Shown one piece after another: positions 26,530 to 41,000 of a DNA stretch of 64,000 nucleotides; position 1 is the stretch's first letter; every line of letters begins with the position of its first letter. This DNA comes from Octopus vulgaris. Lineage: Eukaryota. A program made the translations under genes and the position numbers. The stretch covers positions 42,532,001-42,596,000 of the forward strand of contig OX597814.1 of the NCBI GenBank assembly GCA_951406725.2, written 5' to 3'. The notes beneath the pieces are model-generated. The model was not told the origin of the DNA. It did not search any database and was given only the letters and a program-made list of their open reading frames with translations.

Positions 26530-26712
26530 ATATCAACATCGAAAAATATCTTAGAAATGAGAACCCAGGTTCGAAGTTTCTCCAAGACACCTGATGAATG
26601 CTGGATGGTATATCACCCGAAAGGTTGTTTAAACAACAAGCAAGATGATGACAAATATCCGTATAATAATGGAATTATTGTACATAATTTCTCATCTCTT
26701 AAATATAGAAAT
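26530..26712 (+). mobile_element. Second, inverted copy of the same repeat, with hammerhead core
   Basis: 26537-26659 is the reverse complement of 26297-26416. ACAC-CUGAUGA(26591-26597)...C-GAAA(26619-26622). Confidence 0.65.
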
Positions 26713-26739
26713 GCAGTACCTATTTGTTAGTAAATGCTA

Positions 26740-26743
<4 letters not shown>

Positions 26744-26822
<79 letters not shown>

Positions 26823-26907
26823 GCTGTTGTTGTTGTTGTTGTTGTTGTTGTTGCTGTTGTTGTTGATGTAGTTGTTGTTGTTGATGTAGTTGTTGTTGTC
26901 GTTGTTG

Positions 26908-26940
<33 letters not shown>
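26744..26940. repeat. (ATT)n/(GTT)n compound microsatellite
   Basis: Directly visible. Confidence 0.95.
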
Positions 26941-26942
<2 letters not shown>

Positions 26943-27013
26943 ATAGCTACATTGTAATTTTACGTTTCTGAACATGCGTAAACATCGATATTTCCACACA
27001 AATAGAAGGCATA

Positions 27014-28219
27014 TCTAAATGCGTATATTGGTAGATCGTTTCTTTCTCTATATGAATTCTTGTCCATTGCAGTAATAGTCTTTTCTAGAATAGGAACAAT
27101 CCCTGAATATTTTGAGAAGGAGATAGTAAACTACATCGATTCCCGGGGCCCGATTGAAATTTATTTAATCGGACATAAATGGATGGAAGAAAAAGTCATC
27201 TCCATTACCATTTGAACTGAAGATATATACTCAGGAAATGCCACTTAGCATTTTTTTTTCCGGTGTTGTAACGATTTTGCCCTTTCCATGCCAGCGATGT
27301 GAGCAATGGTAACGTTTTTTAGACAATTTATCAGTTATGTTAGTTTAAAAGCTATGCTAAAGTACCTTTAAGTTCGTTTTTTTTTATTGACTTATGGTTG
27401 AGTTCCCAGGGTATCACACAAGAATATAGAGGGCCGGTCTTAAACCGACTGGACAGGACTGTTTCGTTTCGGACCGTAAATTTACGTTGTTTTTGGTTTA
27501 ATACCAAAATATAGGAACAATGAAAGTGTCAGGTTTCACTTGTTTCAAGCATGTCAGAAGAAACTATCGTGCTTATCGTGTGGAAATCGGTATCATCTCC
27601 CAAGTTGCCCCCTTTAAACACACCCTCCAAAATCGTATGTTTTAAACTATTTTGGTAATGCATCGTGACCACGGCACTCTTTCACGGAAATTTCAAAAAA
27701 TTTACATCGTCTGTCAACGAGAATAAAATCACAAATTTTCTGCAGCTTCGTTTCAGTGACGCAGTTGATATATGCCTGCAGTGTGATTTCACTTTACTGC
27801 CGGATTAGATGAGCCGGTCGCTATAGTCTATATCACATACCTAAGCAACCTGCAGATCTCTGTAATTTCTGAACAGCCTCCTGCACCACTGCTGTCTTCA
27901 AGAATTCAATGACGGCACGTTACCATTGCTCACATCGCTGGCATGGAAAGGGCAAAATCGTTACAACACCGGAAAAAAAAAATGCTAAGTGGCATTTCCT
28001 GAGTATACATCTTCAGTTCAAATGGTAATGGAGATGACTTTTTCTTCCATCCATTTATGTCCGATTAAATAAATTTCAATCGGGCACCGGGGATCGATGT
28101 AGTTTACTATCTCCTTCTCAAAATATTCAGGGACTGTTGCTATACTAGAAAAGACTATTACTGCAATGGACAAGAATTCATATAGAGAAAGAAACGATCT
28201 ACCAATATACGCATTTAGA
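27014..28219. repeat. Inverted duplication, ~302-bp arms, ~600-bp spacer
   Basis: 27014-27315 and 27917-28219 are reverse complements with only a handful of mismatches. Confidence 0.93.
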
Positions 28220-28356
28220 CAATAGATATGACCAAATTAAAAACGTAAATCCAGCTTTACTTTCTATGCGTAGATATATACGTAAAAACACACACACACC
28301 TACGCACACACATATTTTATATATATATGTATATATATATATATACATATATATAG

Positions 28357-28417
<61 letters not shown>

Positions 28418-29428
28418 GGAGAGAGAGGGGGAGAGGGAACAGGAGAGAGAGAGTAAGGGGCGAAATGAAGTGAGATTGTTACACAACTGATTAAATTCTT
28501 ACTATTAAGAAACTGTTGCTGATATTACAAAATGCGATAAAATTATTCTGTTAGCGGATAAATATTCGAGTAGGATTTAAACGAGTAGAAAAATGTTAGT
28601 CAGATTATCTTGTAGGAAAATGAAATATTTTTGTGTTGATGCTATACGTATTGTTCACGTTTTACTCGACAGTGGATTATTGGTCATAATTATGTAATCT
28701 CGATATATGTCTGTATTCATTTAATAATTTTCGATAGAAAACAGAATGATGATATTATATATATTTCTTCATACAAAAAGGTATTATATTTGAAGAATAT
28801 CGTGTATACAAAAGCGATTTTCTAGAGAATAATACTAAGGATTGATAAGTGAGACAGTATCACATACCATACAAATGCATTTCAATATACACGTATAAGT
28901 ATGTATAAATTTGTACTTCTCTCCCTCTCTCTCTCTACACACACACACATAAATATAGTATATGTTCATATGTGACTATATATGTATATATGTACGTATG
29001 TATGCATGCGTATATATGTGACTCATGGGTGCTTCTTTTCTCATGGAATCCAGTACAACCTGAATAATCGGTAACAAAACCAACACTATCACTAGTCTCG
29101 TATCTTGCGGAGAGTTCCTAGAAAACTATCGACACTGAAATCAAGATCTGGTAATAAAGCATGTCATTAGGGGATGGTCAGTCTTTTATAGCTGAATATG
29201 CAAGGAATATTACTGAATATGAAGGAAACCATTTGGTTGCAATTCAGCCAATGACGTATCTATATGCCAGAGTCTACTACACAAATCACACCTAATATGT
29301 CACTGGATCATATAAGGGAATCGTTGCGCTAGCGTGCACGCATTATCGGACTCCAAATGTTTGGCTGTTTAATCACTATGGTGACTAAATATCCTATATA
29401 TGTATATATAAATATACGTACGTGTGTG

Positions 29429-29476
<48 letters not shown>

Positions 29477-29489
29477 TTAGATAAAACTT

Positions 29490-30655
29490 GGATATGTTTC
29501 GACCAATTGGTCCAGGCCATGTCTAACTTAATAGCACCATCTGATAGGATTATTTGAATCCTGTTTCAGTCAAGTTTTGTTTATGGTCCATTCAAGTAGT
29601 GAGTTTTTGTTGGGTGAGTTCTATCCAATTATTTGTGGCTTATCTGGTATTTCTTGAAGGAATCTATCCAGACTCCGTTTAAAGTTGATGGTATCCTGTT
29701 CCTCTTTGATCTCTTTCGGGACAATGTTAAATAGGGCAGGTCCTGTTGACGAAAAGAAATTATGTTGTAGTGTACATGTGTGCTGTGATCTTGAATTGGG
29801 CAGGGGACGTATGGCCCGTGGTCCCAGTCTTGGATGAATCTTGAAGCTAATGTTCATGTCGTTTGCACAAAGTTGGCGGTATATTCTCCACATCGTACAA
29901 ATGATGTACTGCTTACGGCAAGGCTGGAGAGTAGAGTTTCAAGGCTTTAAGGCGATCCCAATAATCGAGAGCAGCCATGCCTTCAATTCGTTTAGTGAGT
30001 GCTCTCTGTGGTGATTCAATCCTCGAGATGTTTTGTCTTGTATGGGGAGACCACAGTAGGAAGTAGTATTTGTTGTGTGGCCGTACAAAGGAGGAGAAAA
30101 GTGGTATGATGACACCTTGTTCTTTGGACCGGAAAGTTCTTAAGATCCAGGAACTCCTCCTACGACCTATATCGACCTTCTTGTTGATGTGTGCACTCCA
30201 ACTGAGATCGTCATCAACAATTACACCCAGGTCTCTGATATTGCTAGAGGCTGTGAGCGGTTCCCCTGAAGGAAGAGAGTATGGCTGTTTTAGTGAGGAA
30301 TTTCTTCCAAAATGCATCAGCTCAAATGCTCCCTCGTTCAGTTGCATTTTGTTTCTGTCTGCCCATTGACTCACAGCATATAGATCAGACTGGAGTTGAG
30401 TTCGGTCTAGTTCTTCATTGACGATTTGCTGGCGCTTAATGTTATCAGCAAATATTTTCACTTTGCAGTAATGTATGACACTGGAAAGGTCGTTTATGTA
30501 GATTATGAAGAGTAGCGGACACCGCTGGTGACTTTTGCTGGGCTTGAATGGACTCTATCAACTACAACATGTTGTGTTCTATTCGCCAGGAAATACTTGA
30601 TCCAGTGTAGAACTTTTCCACGGATTCCAACATTTGCCAATTTTGAGAGTAGCAT
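29490..30655 (-). mobile_element. CR1-group LINE, RT to 3' end
   Basis: PLLFIIYINDL...KIFADNIK...IRDLGVIVDDDLSWSAHI...YWDRLKALKLYS. Small deletion removes the PQG motif near 30520. Same tail as 25031. Confidence 0.92.
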
Positions 30656-31177
30656 TATAAATAGTTGATAACACCAACTTTAATATAGGTGGCCGAAAAT
30701 ACCATCATATAGCTATAGAATTAGAATCATATTAATCATAAGGGCGCACGCCTACTTCTGCCTAATAGATATGAGAGCTCTAACCCACGTTTAAACTAAA
30801 AAATATCACTGAATGAACAGTTCTTGGGTGGATAGTTTCGAAAAAATCGCTCACATACGTTCATGTATAAAGCTATATTTTTCGGTATTAGTATTCACGT
30901 GGACTGGTTTCTCGTTTGATACAACTATCTTGCCTTCATAAGCACATTATGATCATTTGAAAAATATTCCCAATCCGCCACCTTGAAACTTGCTGGCGTC
31001 CTGAATTGTTTCGCTCAGGGCAGCCTCAGTGTGAAAAATACTGATCAGCGGCAAATATTCAGGATTGAATATCTATATAGATATTAATATCATATCATTG
31101 TCGAAGGCATTATAAATAGTGAATAATAAGAGCAACATTAATATAGGTGGTTGCAGGCCTAAAATAGCTTCATATAC

Positions 31178-31212
<35 letters not shown>

Positions 31213-31226
31213 TGTATTTATGTATC

Positions 31227-31343
<117 letters not shown>

Positions 31344-32492
31344 TAAACAATGTCCCACTATGGTCAAAATTTAATGAAAATATATCCTAAATAATAAAGG
31401 CATAAAACAACAAAATAATTTACTGGCACATATTTGTGTGTGTGTGTAATTATGTACTAATGTGTATGCAAAATTGGAGATAGAGAGAGAAATTAAATGC
31501 GAGTGCCACAAACCCCGATATTTCACTTTCGGTTTCCTCACTTTTTTGACAATGCATCGAACACTGTTATATAACTTAAATATTGCAACATATGTGCATT
31601 CGTGTTTCAAATGCTTTCCATCATATTGTTTAATCAAAATTGTCGAATTTCAGTTGACGCGGAAACGCAAACAACATTGAGTAACTTTATAATCTATTTT
31701 ACTTAGCATTTATTTTTGTGTATATGTTACTTATTTAAAGGTGCGTAAATTAAAACTGTCATTCCTCACAGTTGTATGCTTTCTTGATAGCAATATATAT
31801 GACAATATTGCTGTTTATATTATTGAAATATAATGAATTATGTCAATGGTAAAATCAAATATATTTAACATTATGATATCGTGGTTTTCATGCTGATATA
31901 GCTTATCTATGTCGTTATCATAATATATTCAGCATATTCTACCCTAGAAAATTTAATCCAACATGAACTCAAAGGACGTCTTGCTTATTCATGAGGTGAA
32001 CCCATTTCTTTCTCTATTCTTCATTTGTCTGCCTGTCTATGTATGCATCACTCGAGCTTGCTAGCTAGGTAGCTATATCTACCATACTTTCTCCTTTACT
32101 ATCTTTTTCTCGCTCTCTCATTCCCCCTCGCTCACGATGTTCTTTTGCTTCTGTATGTCTTCTTCACACTCTTCCTCTGTTCTGTGTTGTATTTTTTCAC
32201 TAGCTTTATTTAACCTCATTTTGCTGCTCTGTCTTAGAATATTTTTCTGCCACTCTTTTGTGCCTTTCTCTCTCCCGTTATAGTTCACTTGCACTCATCA
32301 CTATCTCTGTTATATGCTACCTGCTTTTACTGGTGTTCCACACAGTTCTTTTGCCATTGTTCTAACTCTACCGTTTTCTAAGCGCTGACACCTTGAGAAT
32401 TCGCGAATGAAATTTAAGAGATGAAATTAGTTCGTCCTTTCGCTGAATTATCCCAGATATCTAGTCTGTCTTGTCTGTCCCTCTCTCTCTCT

Positions 32493-32532
<40 letters not shown>

Positions 32533-35500
32533 CGCACGTACACAGACACACAGACATATACAATAAAAACGAAATATGACATCCATCTTGTCACGGTGAT
32601 CCACGAAAATCTATCTTTGTTGCCTTTTCGTTTGCTCTTACTATTAATGGTGCATCAGGATTTGCACTCCAGGCCTGGTACACAATAGAGCAACATCCGT
32701 CAGCCATTCAATTGTATATCTACGAAGACAGTATGTAAATTTGTTTAAATTTTTTTACGTACACAATGAATATTATAAAGGGATTTACTTATAGACACTT
32801 AGCAAAGAAATTCTGCAGTAATTAATCACAACCCCATCCGCTAGCAATCAACACTAGCCCGGAGCAAATTTCCGTAATTCGTTGCATTCCTCATCGTGTT
32901 TTTTTAGAACTTTATTGAATATTAACAATTCTGAATTGTAAATAAGTATTACTTATAAATACAAAATTTGATAAATGCATAAGAAACCAAATCTTGGTTT
33001 GATATTTGTGAATGCTAGTATGAAGGAAAATTTAATGTTCTTAGTAGAGGAGTGATATTTCAAAGTATTCTAAGTCGACACCGAAAAAGAAGATTTGCAG
33101 AAATAATTTATTATAAGCGGTAGAAGGGACTTATGCACTGATTTGGATAACATCGGAAATTTAGCACAGACACCAAGTTAAATCCATTAAAACTATTCAA
33201 AGAAAATTCAAACCTAACAGTTGAAATATTTGATAGGTATACATACGTTTCCTTATTAAATCAGATGATTCAGGGGCTAAGATTCAACTGTGAAAATTTT
33301 TTCGGTACAATCCAGCTATTGTATAATTCAGGTAGAACAATTTCTCGAAAATCTTTCTAGACTTCCCTGTTTTTTAGTTAGTAACTGCTTGAAATAAAAA
33401 GAAATTCCATGCATTTTCTAAATTAGTAATTTTGTATGAAAATATTTCTAGTACATAACTTTCTCTTTTGCGTATCTATGTCTCATTCTTTTCATCGAAA
33501 ATGGCATTTTAGATTTAACCAGTAATTTATATGCATTATCTTCTTCCAGATACATATAAGCTTATTAATATTCCCCAAGACATACCCCAAATAGCATAAA
33601 ACATATAATCAATATTCAATGGGAAATAAATTGGGCAAATAAGAAATTTTACCCAACAGAAATATTAGGAATCCATTTTTGATTTTAATATCCCTTTCAT
33701 CACTCATTTTATGCAAGCAGTCGCAAGTTTATTCTCAATAATATTATCTGGAATTAGATTTCATTTCATTACAGAAATTTGCGAAGAGGCACCTAGCGTG
33801 CGTACGAATTATAATAAAATAAATAACTTCGCCTCCATTTCATAACATTGCAGTCAATTGTGTGACAACTTTCTAAGATATTGCCGACACTTGGTTAATG
33901 ATGCAATGAATAAAAGTAATAAATTTGTTGCTTATATTTAAATCGAAATCCAAACTCTCTCCCAATCTTAACTCCCCTGTTGTTACTACATACAATATTC
34001 GATTCAAAGGCTGCTTCTTTGGAAAACAATCTCTATTTGGAAAAATATTTTTTATTGGAAAGCATCTGTCTTAGGATCGAGAGATCTCCGTTGAAACTTA
34101 TCATAGTTATATTCCTGAACGAACATCAAGTGTATTATATAACAGAGGAACTTCCTTTATTTAAATTACCGATTAGTTTCCAAGAGAAAATTCATTTTCA
34201 TCGCTGCTGGAAACATGAATGTTTTAGTGGTGCTCCATATTTTGTTAGCTCTTACAGAAAATGCTTTATAAGATCACTTATGTATTTCACTATGCGTATA
34301 TATTGCATATCAGTCTTAAGGGATTACTTCTATATATCAAATTATTCAAATAGCCTTACAAAAAAGGCTATGCTTCTTGCATTAAAAAGCCATTTCCTTA
34401 TTTTGAAGCATCAAAAATATTGTCACACACACGCACACACACACATACACACACACATAGTATTACAAATTAACAAGGCAGAATTTTCTTCATTGTTCTT
34501 CAAGGCAAAAATAAATTTACATGTATATAATGAGTAATTGACCCGTACTCAAAGAGCAATTCACTGGCGAATTTATAGTAGTCTTTGAACTTTATTGTAT
34601 TTCAGATATATGATCATCATGACTATCTTAAGTCTTATATTTTGAGATAATCCTAGAATGCAAATACCAGTTTGGTGAAGGGGTTGAATAAAACCAAAAC
34701 ATGCTACAATATGAAAATGGTTTGAAAGAATAACCATGTCACATTGTTTGTGGCGTGCATAATCAAGGGACGGGTTCGGATATTAGGTAGAGGAGTTCGT
34801 TCGAAAAATATATTGTAGTCTATACTGAATGCCATTACAATCAGCAATATATTTGCAAATTGTTCTCGGAGATGATTGGGAGAACATAAAATGCGTTTAC
34901 AGGGACCTTGAAACAGATCTAGCAATTAACAACCGTAAATGGTTACGAAACCGTGCCATCGATCACGACGTCTATGGATACACTAAAAATATGATGATTG
35001 TTTAATTTTCATAGATTCAATTAATGACACTTGTGAATCCGACCAACAATTGTCATGATTTTTGTCTCGGAGAGGACACTATGGAGATGGAGAAGATAGC
35101 TGAAAATTCTACATCTGAAAGCTTCCCAGGGAGAATGTAGTTTACGGCGAGACGGATGGAGGTAAAGTAGCTAGTTTTAGTTATTGCGAATTTTGTGGGA
35201 ATAAAGCTTAGAATCCTAGAACATAAAAGAAGTTTGTAAATCTTAAATACATGTGATGTATACTTTGAATAAATATGTGTGTGTGTGTATTGTAATATCG
35301 AACAATGGAAATGAGTGTTCAACACAGCATTGGTGGATATGTATTCTTTATTTATAGGATAACCAAAAACCATTGCCTTCTTGCTGAGAGAGATATCTCA
35401 AACAATGGTTCAAGACTGCTACATAGGACATCGGTGTTCAACACCTTGGATACAACACACTAAAATCACGTACCACACACAGTGCTTCAGACCCTTGGAA

Positions 35501-36814
35501 TAATCCCAGGCTCTAGCTAAACGACAAAGTGTGTGAAAAAAAATGTGAAACTACACAATTATGAGTGTACATACAAACACAAAGAATACAAATGCAAAGA
35601 TATATGCACGCGTGTGTATATATGTATATGAGCATGTGTGTATGTGTGAGCATTTTGGATACATATAGATATAGGGGCATATCTATGTGTGTTTATGGGT
35701 GTGTATGCGTGTACGTGTGAACACATACATGTGCATGTGTTTATATGTATATGACACCAAATGCTTCAGTGAATGACTTTACACACAAACTGCATAAACT
35801 TGTTATATAAGTATATACACAAAATTTTCAATCAAAATTTTATATATGTAATCCTATGAATTCAAAATATGTGAAACTCTATAATCAGGTGCACAAAATA
35901 TGTAAATACGAATTACAAAGTACACACACTAAATCTGCATCAAATATGCATAATGGAGTTATGCTTATGTGTACGTATGCACATATTACTTGCTTAAAAA
36001 ATACAAACTCAAACATTTTATTTATAAAATTAAAATATTATACAAAGAAAATAGAAATTTGGGAGCTGTTCCCTTTTGAGAAATATATTTGTTTATTCTA
36101 AATTCTCGCGTGATCTCATGTGATTCTATTGTGCTTTTACGCAAGATGAAGACAAGAACCAATGTCTCATATCGCAGAATTCAACAATTGTTGAGGTATA
36201 TCTCTCTCCAAATGAAACCAATGGTAGTTTGGTTACCACACGAATATATTTTTTGTATTTTACCTTTTACTATTTCCAACCATTTAGCTGCGGCCATGTT
36301 GGGGTACCATGTGAGAGAAATTTTAGTCAAGTTAAATTGGCTCTAGTATATTTCTAGCCTGTTACTTCTACCGAACCCTTCTGTAGCACCTCTAAGGTAG
36401 TGAAGGGACAAACATAGGCACAACGACAGACACATTTATAGAGATAAATATATATATACTGTATATACATTTATTTATTTACTTATCTCTATATATGTGT
36501 CTGTCTTTGTGTCAATGTTTGCCCTTTGACCAAACGCAGAATACCCTCAAAATTGTTGTCCTTGCGGTAATCGTAGGAGGTAAGAAACATAAACTTTTGC
36601 CTATTGTAGGATGTTATAAATATATGAATTTTTTTTTAACATAATTATAATGTGAATAAAATTAGCAATTGTCTCCAAATGATTTATATTGAAAGTAAAA
36701 CTTCACTTTATTTCCAGGAAAGTAAAAGTGATGTCCAAAATTATAAAATGTAATTATGTAAATGAATGTTGTATCAAATACTACAAATGTATAATGAATA
36801 ATGTATTAAATACT

Positions 36815-36875
<61 letters not shown>

Positions 36876-37609
36876 CATCTACATACATTTCATGCACCTA
36901 ATCAAGATTCATATAATGCACAGTTTCCTTGCTTAAAGTCATTAATATACTTCATCTTCCCATTTCTCTTACCTGCTTCCTAAGGCGGTTCTTTCCATAG
37001 TGTGTTGCATAAAATTTCTGGCAGTACATAAGGAGAAATACGGCATAAATGTTTACTCAAAATAGGAAATGTATTAGATGGGAAGGCAAAACTGCTTGAT
37101 ATGTATTGCTATTTCTCTTTCTGTGTCCTAGACAAACTTCCAACGAATGAACATTATATTTTCAATTGAAGCTCATAAAATAAATACAAATTATATACTA
37201 GCTAAATGCAGTCTACTGCATCCAAGCGTAAACTATGTTAGAAATCAATATCAGATATTCACTAGATATTATAAGTGAATGTCAAATGGTTAGTGGAATA
37301 TTATATTTCGTTGCAACAATTTACGAATTGATGAAGTAACTCTATCAGTTTTAAACGATTAGGAATTATCGCTGCAAACATTTTCATTCACGGATTTTCG
37401 AAATCTCAATCTAGTTGACGCATTTGCTCCTATTGCATTCAGTATATTACCCGAAGTTTATTTAATGATGTATGAATTGCTATGGATATCTGTGCTTTTG
37501 TATAGCATGAAGTGTTTACACTAATCTGTCAACCACTCGCACATTCTTCGTATGTAAGTCTGTATAGGTGTCCTTAACAATATTCATAAATATTCTTTGT
37601 TTGTTTGAG

Positions 37610-37795
37610 GACAATGCCAGCAGGTGGTTGAAGTCGATTATATCGAACTGTTGCTCAACAGGTACTTGCTCTCGCTGCGCGAAAAAGGGGAATAATAAGG
37701 TCAATGTCGGAATTTGAATTCAGAAAGCAAAAATTGTCGAATTCTCGTAGAGTATCTTGGTCAGCGTGTGAACGATACTGCCAGCTCCTTGCCTT
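37610..37795 (-). mobile_element. SINE family B, old diverged copy
   Basis: aacgatactgccagctccttgcc and ggaatttgaattcagaa match the reverse complement of the family-B head. Confidence 0.6.
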
Positions 37796-37821
37796 ACACG
37801 CTATTTATGTGTGTATATATA

Positions 37822-37888
37822 TGATTTTGATTTTGATTTTGATTTTTCCAGTTTCAGCTCATGAGCTGTGTCCATGCTGGGGCACCGC

Positions 37889-37889
<1 letters not shown>
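37822..37889 (-). mobile_element. Tail-only LINE/SINE insertion with (CAAAAT)n end
   Basis: Minus: GGCGGTGCCCCAGCATGGACACAGCTCATGAGCTGAAACTGG-AAAAAT(CAAAAT)n. Confidence 0.65.
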
Positions 37890-37929
<40 letters not shown>

Positions 37930-37979
37930 TAGATAGATATACACATATATATATATATATATATATGTGTATATATATA

Positions 37980-38044
<65 letters not shown>

Positions 38045-38056
38045 GTATATATATAT

Positions 38057-38262
38057 ACTCTTTTACTTGTTTCAGTCATTTGACTGCGGCCATGCTGGAG
38101 CACCGCCTTTAGTTGAGCAAATCGACCCCAGGAATTATTCTTTGTAAGCCCAGTACTTATTCTATCGGTCTCTTTTGCCGAACCGCTATGTGACGGGGAC
38201 GTAAACACACCAGCATCGGTTGTCAAACAATGCTAGAGGGACAAACACAGACACACAAACAT
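38057..38262 (-). mobile_element. SINE family A, 3' half
   Basis: Well-preserved reverse complement of 9940-10145. Confidence 0.88.
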
Positions 38263-38264
38263 AT

Positions 38265-38320
<56 letters not shown>

Positions 38321-38378
38321 GTATATGTATATGTATGTATATATATGTATATATATATGTATATATATGTACACACAC

Positions 38379-38416
<38 letters not shown>

Positions 38417-39216
38417 ATATGTATACATATATATGTATATATGTATATGCTGACGTTCATATATACATACATATATATTATTGGTATATACATAAGTACT
38501 AACATGCACACACGTAGACACACACACATGTATGTATGCATATGCACATGTGTGTCTTTAGTTATGCATATGTGTTTGAATGTGTGTGTATTCGTGAGTG
38601 TACGTGTGCCTATGAGTTTGTATATATAAAAATATAGAGACAATAAATACTTGTTGAAATGCAGATCAAACCACTTGTAGAGTGCAATGCGTAGGTTTTG
38701 AGTTGATAAGAGATGCATAGAACTTCAGTGTATTTCGTATTGGCTGTTCAAGTGTTTTAAGTGTCATTAAATGCTGAGAAGAAATGCCTATTTATATTTG
38801 ATCAATATCTTCGTGCTCGCTTCTGAAGATTGTTCAAGTTCCTTATTGTATTATTACCTAATTATAAAGTTGCATACGCGTTTTTCTGTTGTTTTTAAAT
38901 ACATGCTGTGTTTATCGGAATTATTTCTGCGCATACATACAAACAGCATCAATAAAACCAATGTCTCATTTGCCTGTGTATTAATGCCTATTATTTAAGA
39001 ACAGGAGTAAACAATGAAATGTGTAAGGGAATAGTATTTGCATGTTGATATTATGGAGCACAGAAAACGTGTCATTTTTTCATGTCAAACCTACTTTTCT
39101 TTCCTCTCTCAGGTTTTATACAGTACTTTTTTTTCACATAGTTACGCTTTCTTCAGTCATCTCTCTCTCACATACACACACGCGCATACACACAAACGCA
39201 CGCACACACACACACA

Positions 39217-39259
<43 letters not shown>

Positions 39260-39449
39260 ACAATCACATATATTTCTTCTTCTATAGACGTACGTATTTG
39301 CTGGAAGTCGATTTGCGACTGAGTAGGAAGACTACTTAAGCTCATTCCATTCGAAGAAACAAAGTACTGGTTTCCCCATTACTGGTGAAGTCTCATCCGC
39401 TTCTTAAAGTATACAGGGAACTCCTGCAATCATTTCACATTGATTAAAA

Positions 39450-41000
39450 TTTAGTTTTTCAACCTGCCAATCTAGATGCTGAGATTTATAATGCCGAATG
39501 TGTGCACTGAGAGAATTACACATGAGAGATCATGGTACGAATCATATTAGTTGACTGGGATGTTTTTATAACAAAATTTGTAGCGGAAAGGGCCTGCTTT
39601 GAGTAGCAGATACAACCACAGAGGTCACATATTCTCTGCTCGAGGTGAGTACATTTACCAGCACATTCAAACTAACCATTTTGCTTACCTGTTATTCCGG
39701 GATTTTTCAACGCCAGAAGCAATGAGATTCCCTCGTATCTCCCTATTTGATGTGGAATCTTCAGAATTGTTAGTATCAGTATATATCTTTTGAAGTGTGT
39801 CTTTAAGATTGCCGTTGAGACGTTTGAGATGCTTCCACTGGGGATGTTTTAATTGCTTCTTATCGCCATAGGACACCTGTTTCGCCAAGCAGTTGTCCGC
39901 TATACGGTCATGATGATCAGACCAAGTTGGACTTTCATTATCAGAAACTCGATGCTTATCTCTTTTATCAGATGTGGTACTCTCATATCAGTACATGAGA
40001 TCATCATCAGATATTCAAGGTATTACGTAAGCATCGCTCCAGGAATTGTTCGAAACGCTGGTCGGTTATCTGGGTCTCTTCTCCATACAGTAGCGCCGTT
40101 GAAACACATACTGTTTGACCTGAACTTAATTATTGCTTTTATATCTGATTGCAACCAGAGCCTCGACATAAGCTTTCGAAATGCATCATGGGCTTTACAA
40201 AGTCTATATCTGATCTTCTCGTCATGTGCATTTAATCTACTCCAGATATCAATTCAGTAAGGAATTAATTTGCGGAATTTTGTTAATGACCACCAGGTAA
40301 CTATGCAATTTTTATAAGCACTCAATGCTGTGATTATTAAATCTATGATGCATCTTTTCTTTTTTAACCATTTTAACCTGCGAATACGCATTAGAAGGCG
40401 CGTTTAAGTTTAACTATACTCATGGAAAACGCAAAACTGATCCGCAACACGACTTTTACTTGCGTCAAAAAATAACGATATCTCTGTCAAGTAGAGAGCC
40501 GTTACAATGTAACTAAATCTACCTGAGATATAATTAAAAAGACATCGAGCCCGATACAGCACTCTCCCCAAGCGAGTTCTCTTAGATATAAACGCAAATA
40601 TGGCGTCCATAACTGTGAATAGTAGTCGATATGTCTAAGGACAATTATTTCCACAAACCATCGTTTCTTTTTTCTTCTCGATAGTCTCAGGAGATCCTCT
40701 GATAATAACATTCACACCGTTGCCATCTTACTAATATGAACAGGGCATGAAGCATCATTATACATATATCTCCGAATCATGCATTGTGATTCCAAGGTTG
40801 GAACTTTCCATTGTCTTCTGTATTCTGAGTTCATTCAATTTGTTAGTTGATATCGGAGTATTTGAACATTTTTAGTTTTGAAGTATATGATGTTACTTGT
40901 ATCCACTTGAATGCTGTGCGTTCAGGTTTTTTTGGAATTTTTTTTTATCACCAGATGTTCTACGTTGCTTGTGATACTTCTGTATCATCAACGTACCTTG
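39450..41000 (-). mobile_element. RTE-clade (BovB-like) LINE, heavily decayed
   Basis: KIRYRLCKAHDAFRKLMSRLW...; AKQVSYG...LKRLNGNLKDTL. These follow the RTE pattern EI..RI.KA..AF..L..RLW and LPKQ..YG. Boundaries approximate. Confidence 0.65.

Noticed and set aside
33980-34537. 185-aa ORF in non-repetitive DNA
   Set aside because: TTG start, composition typical of AT-rich non-coding DNA, includes a (CA)n tract, no recognisable motif.
35015-35160. Possible coding exon (catag| ... gag|gtaaag)
   Set aside because: All three frames contain stops and the donor is weak.
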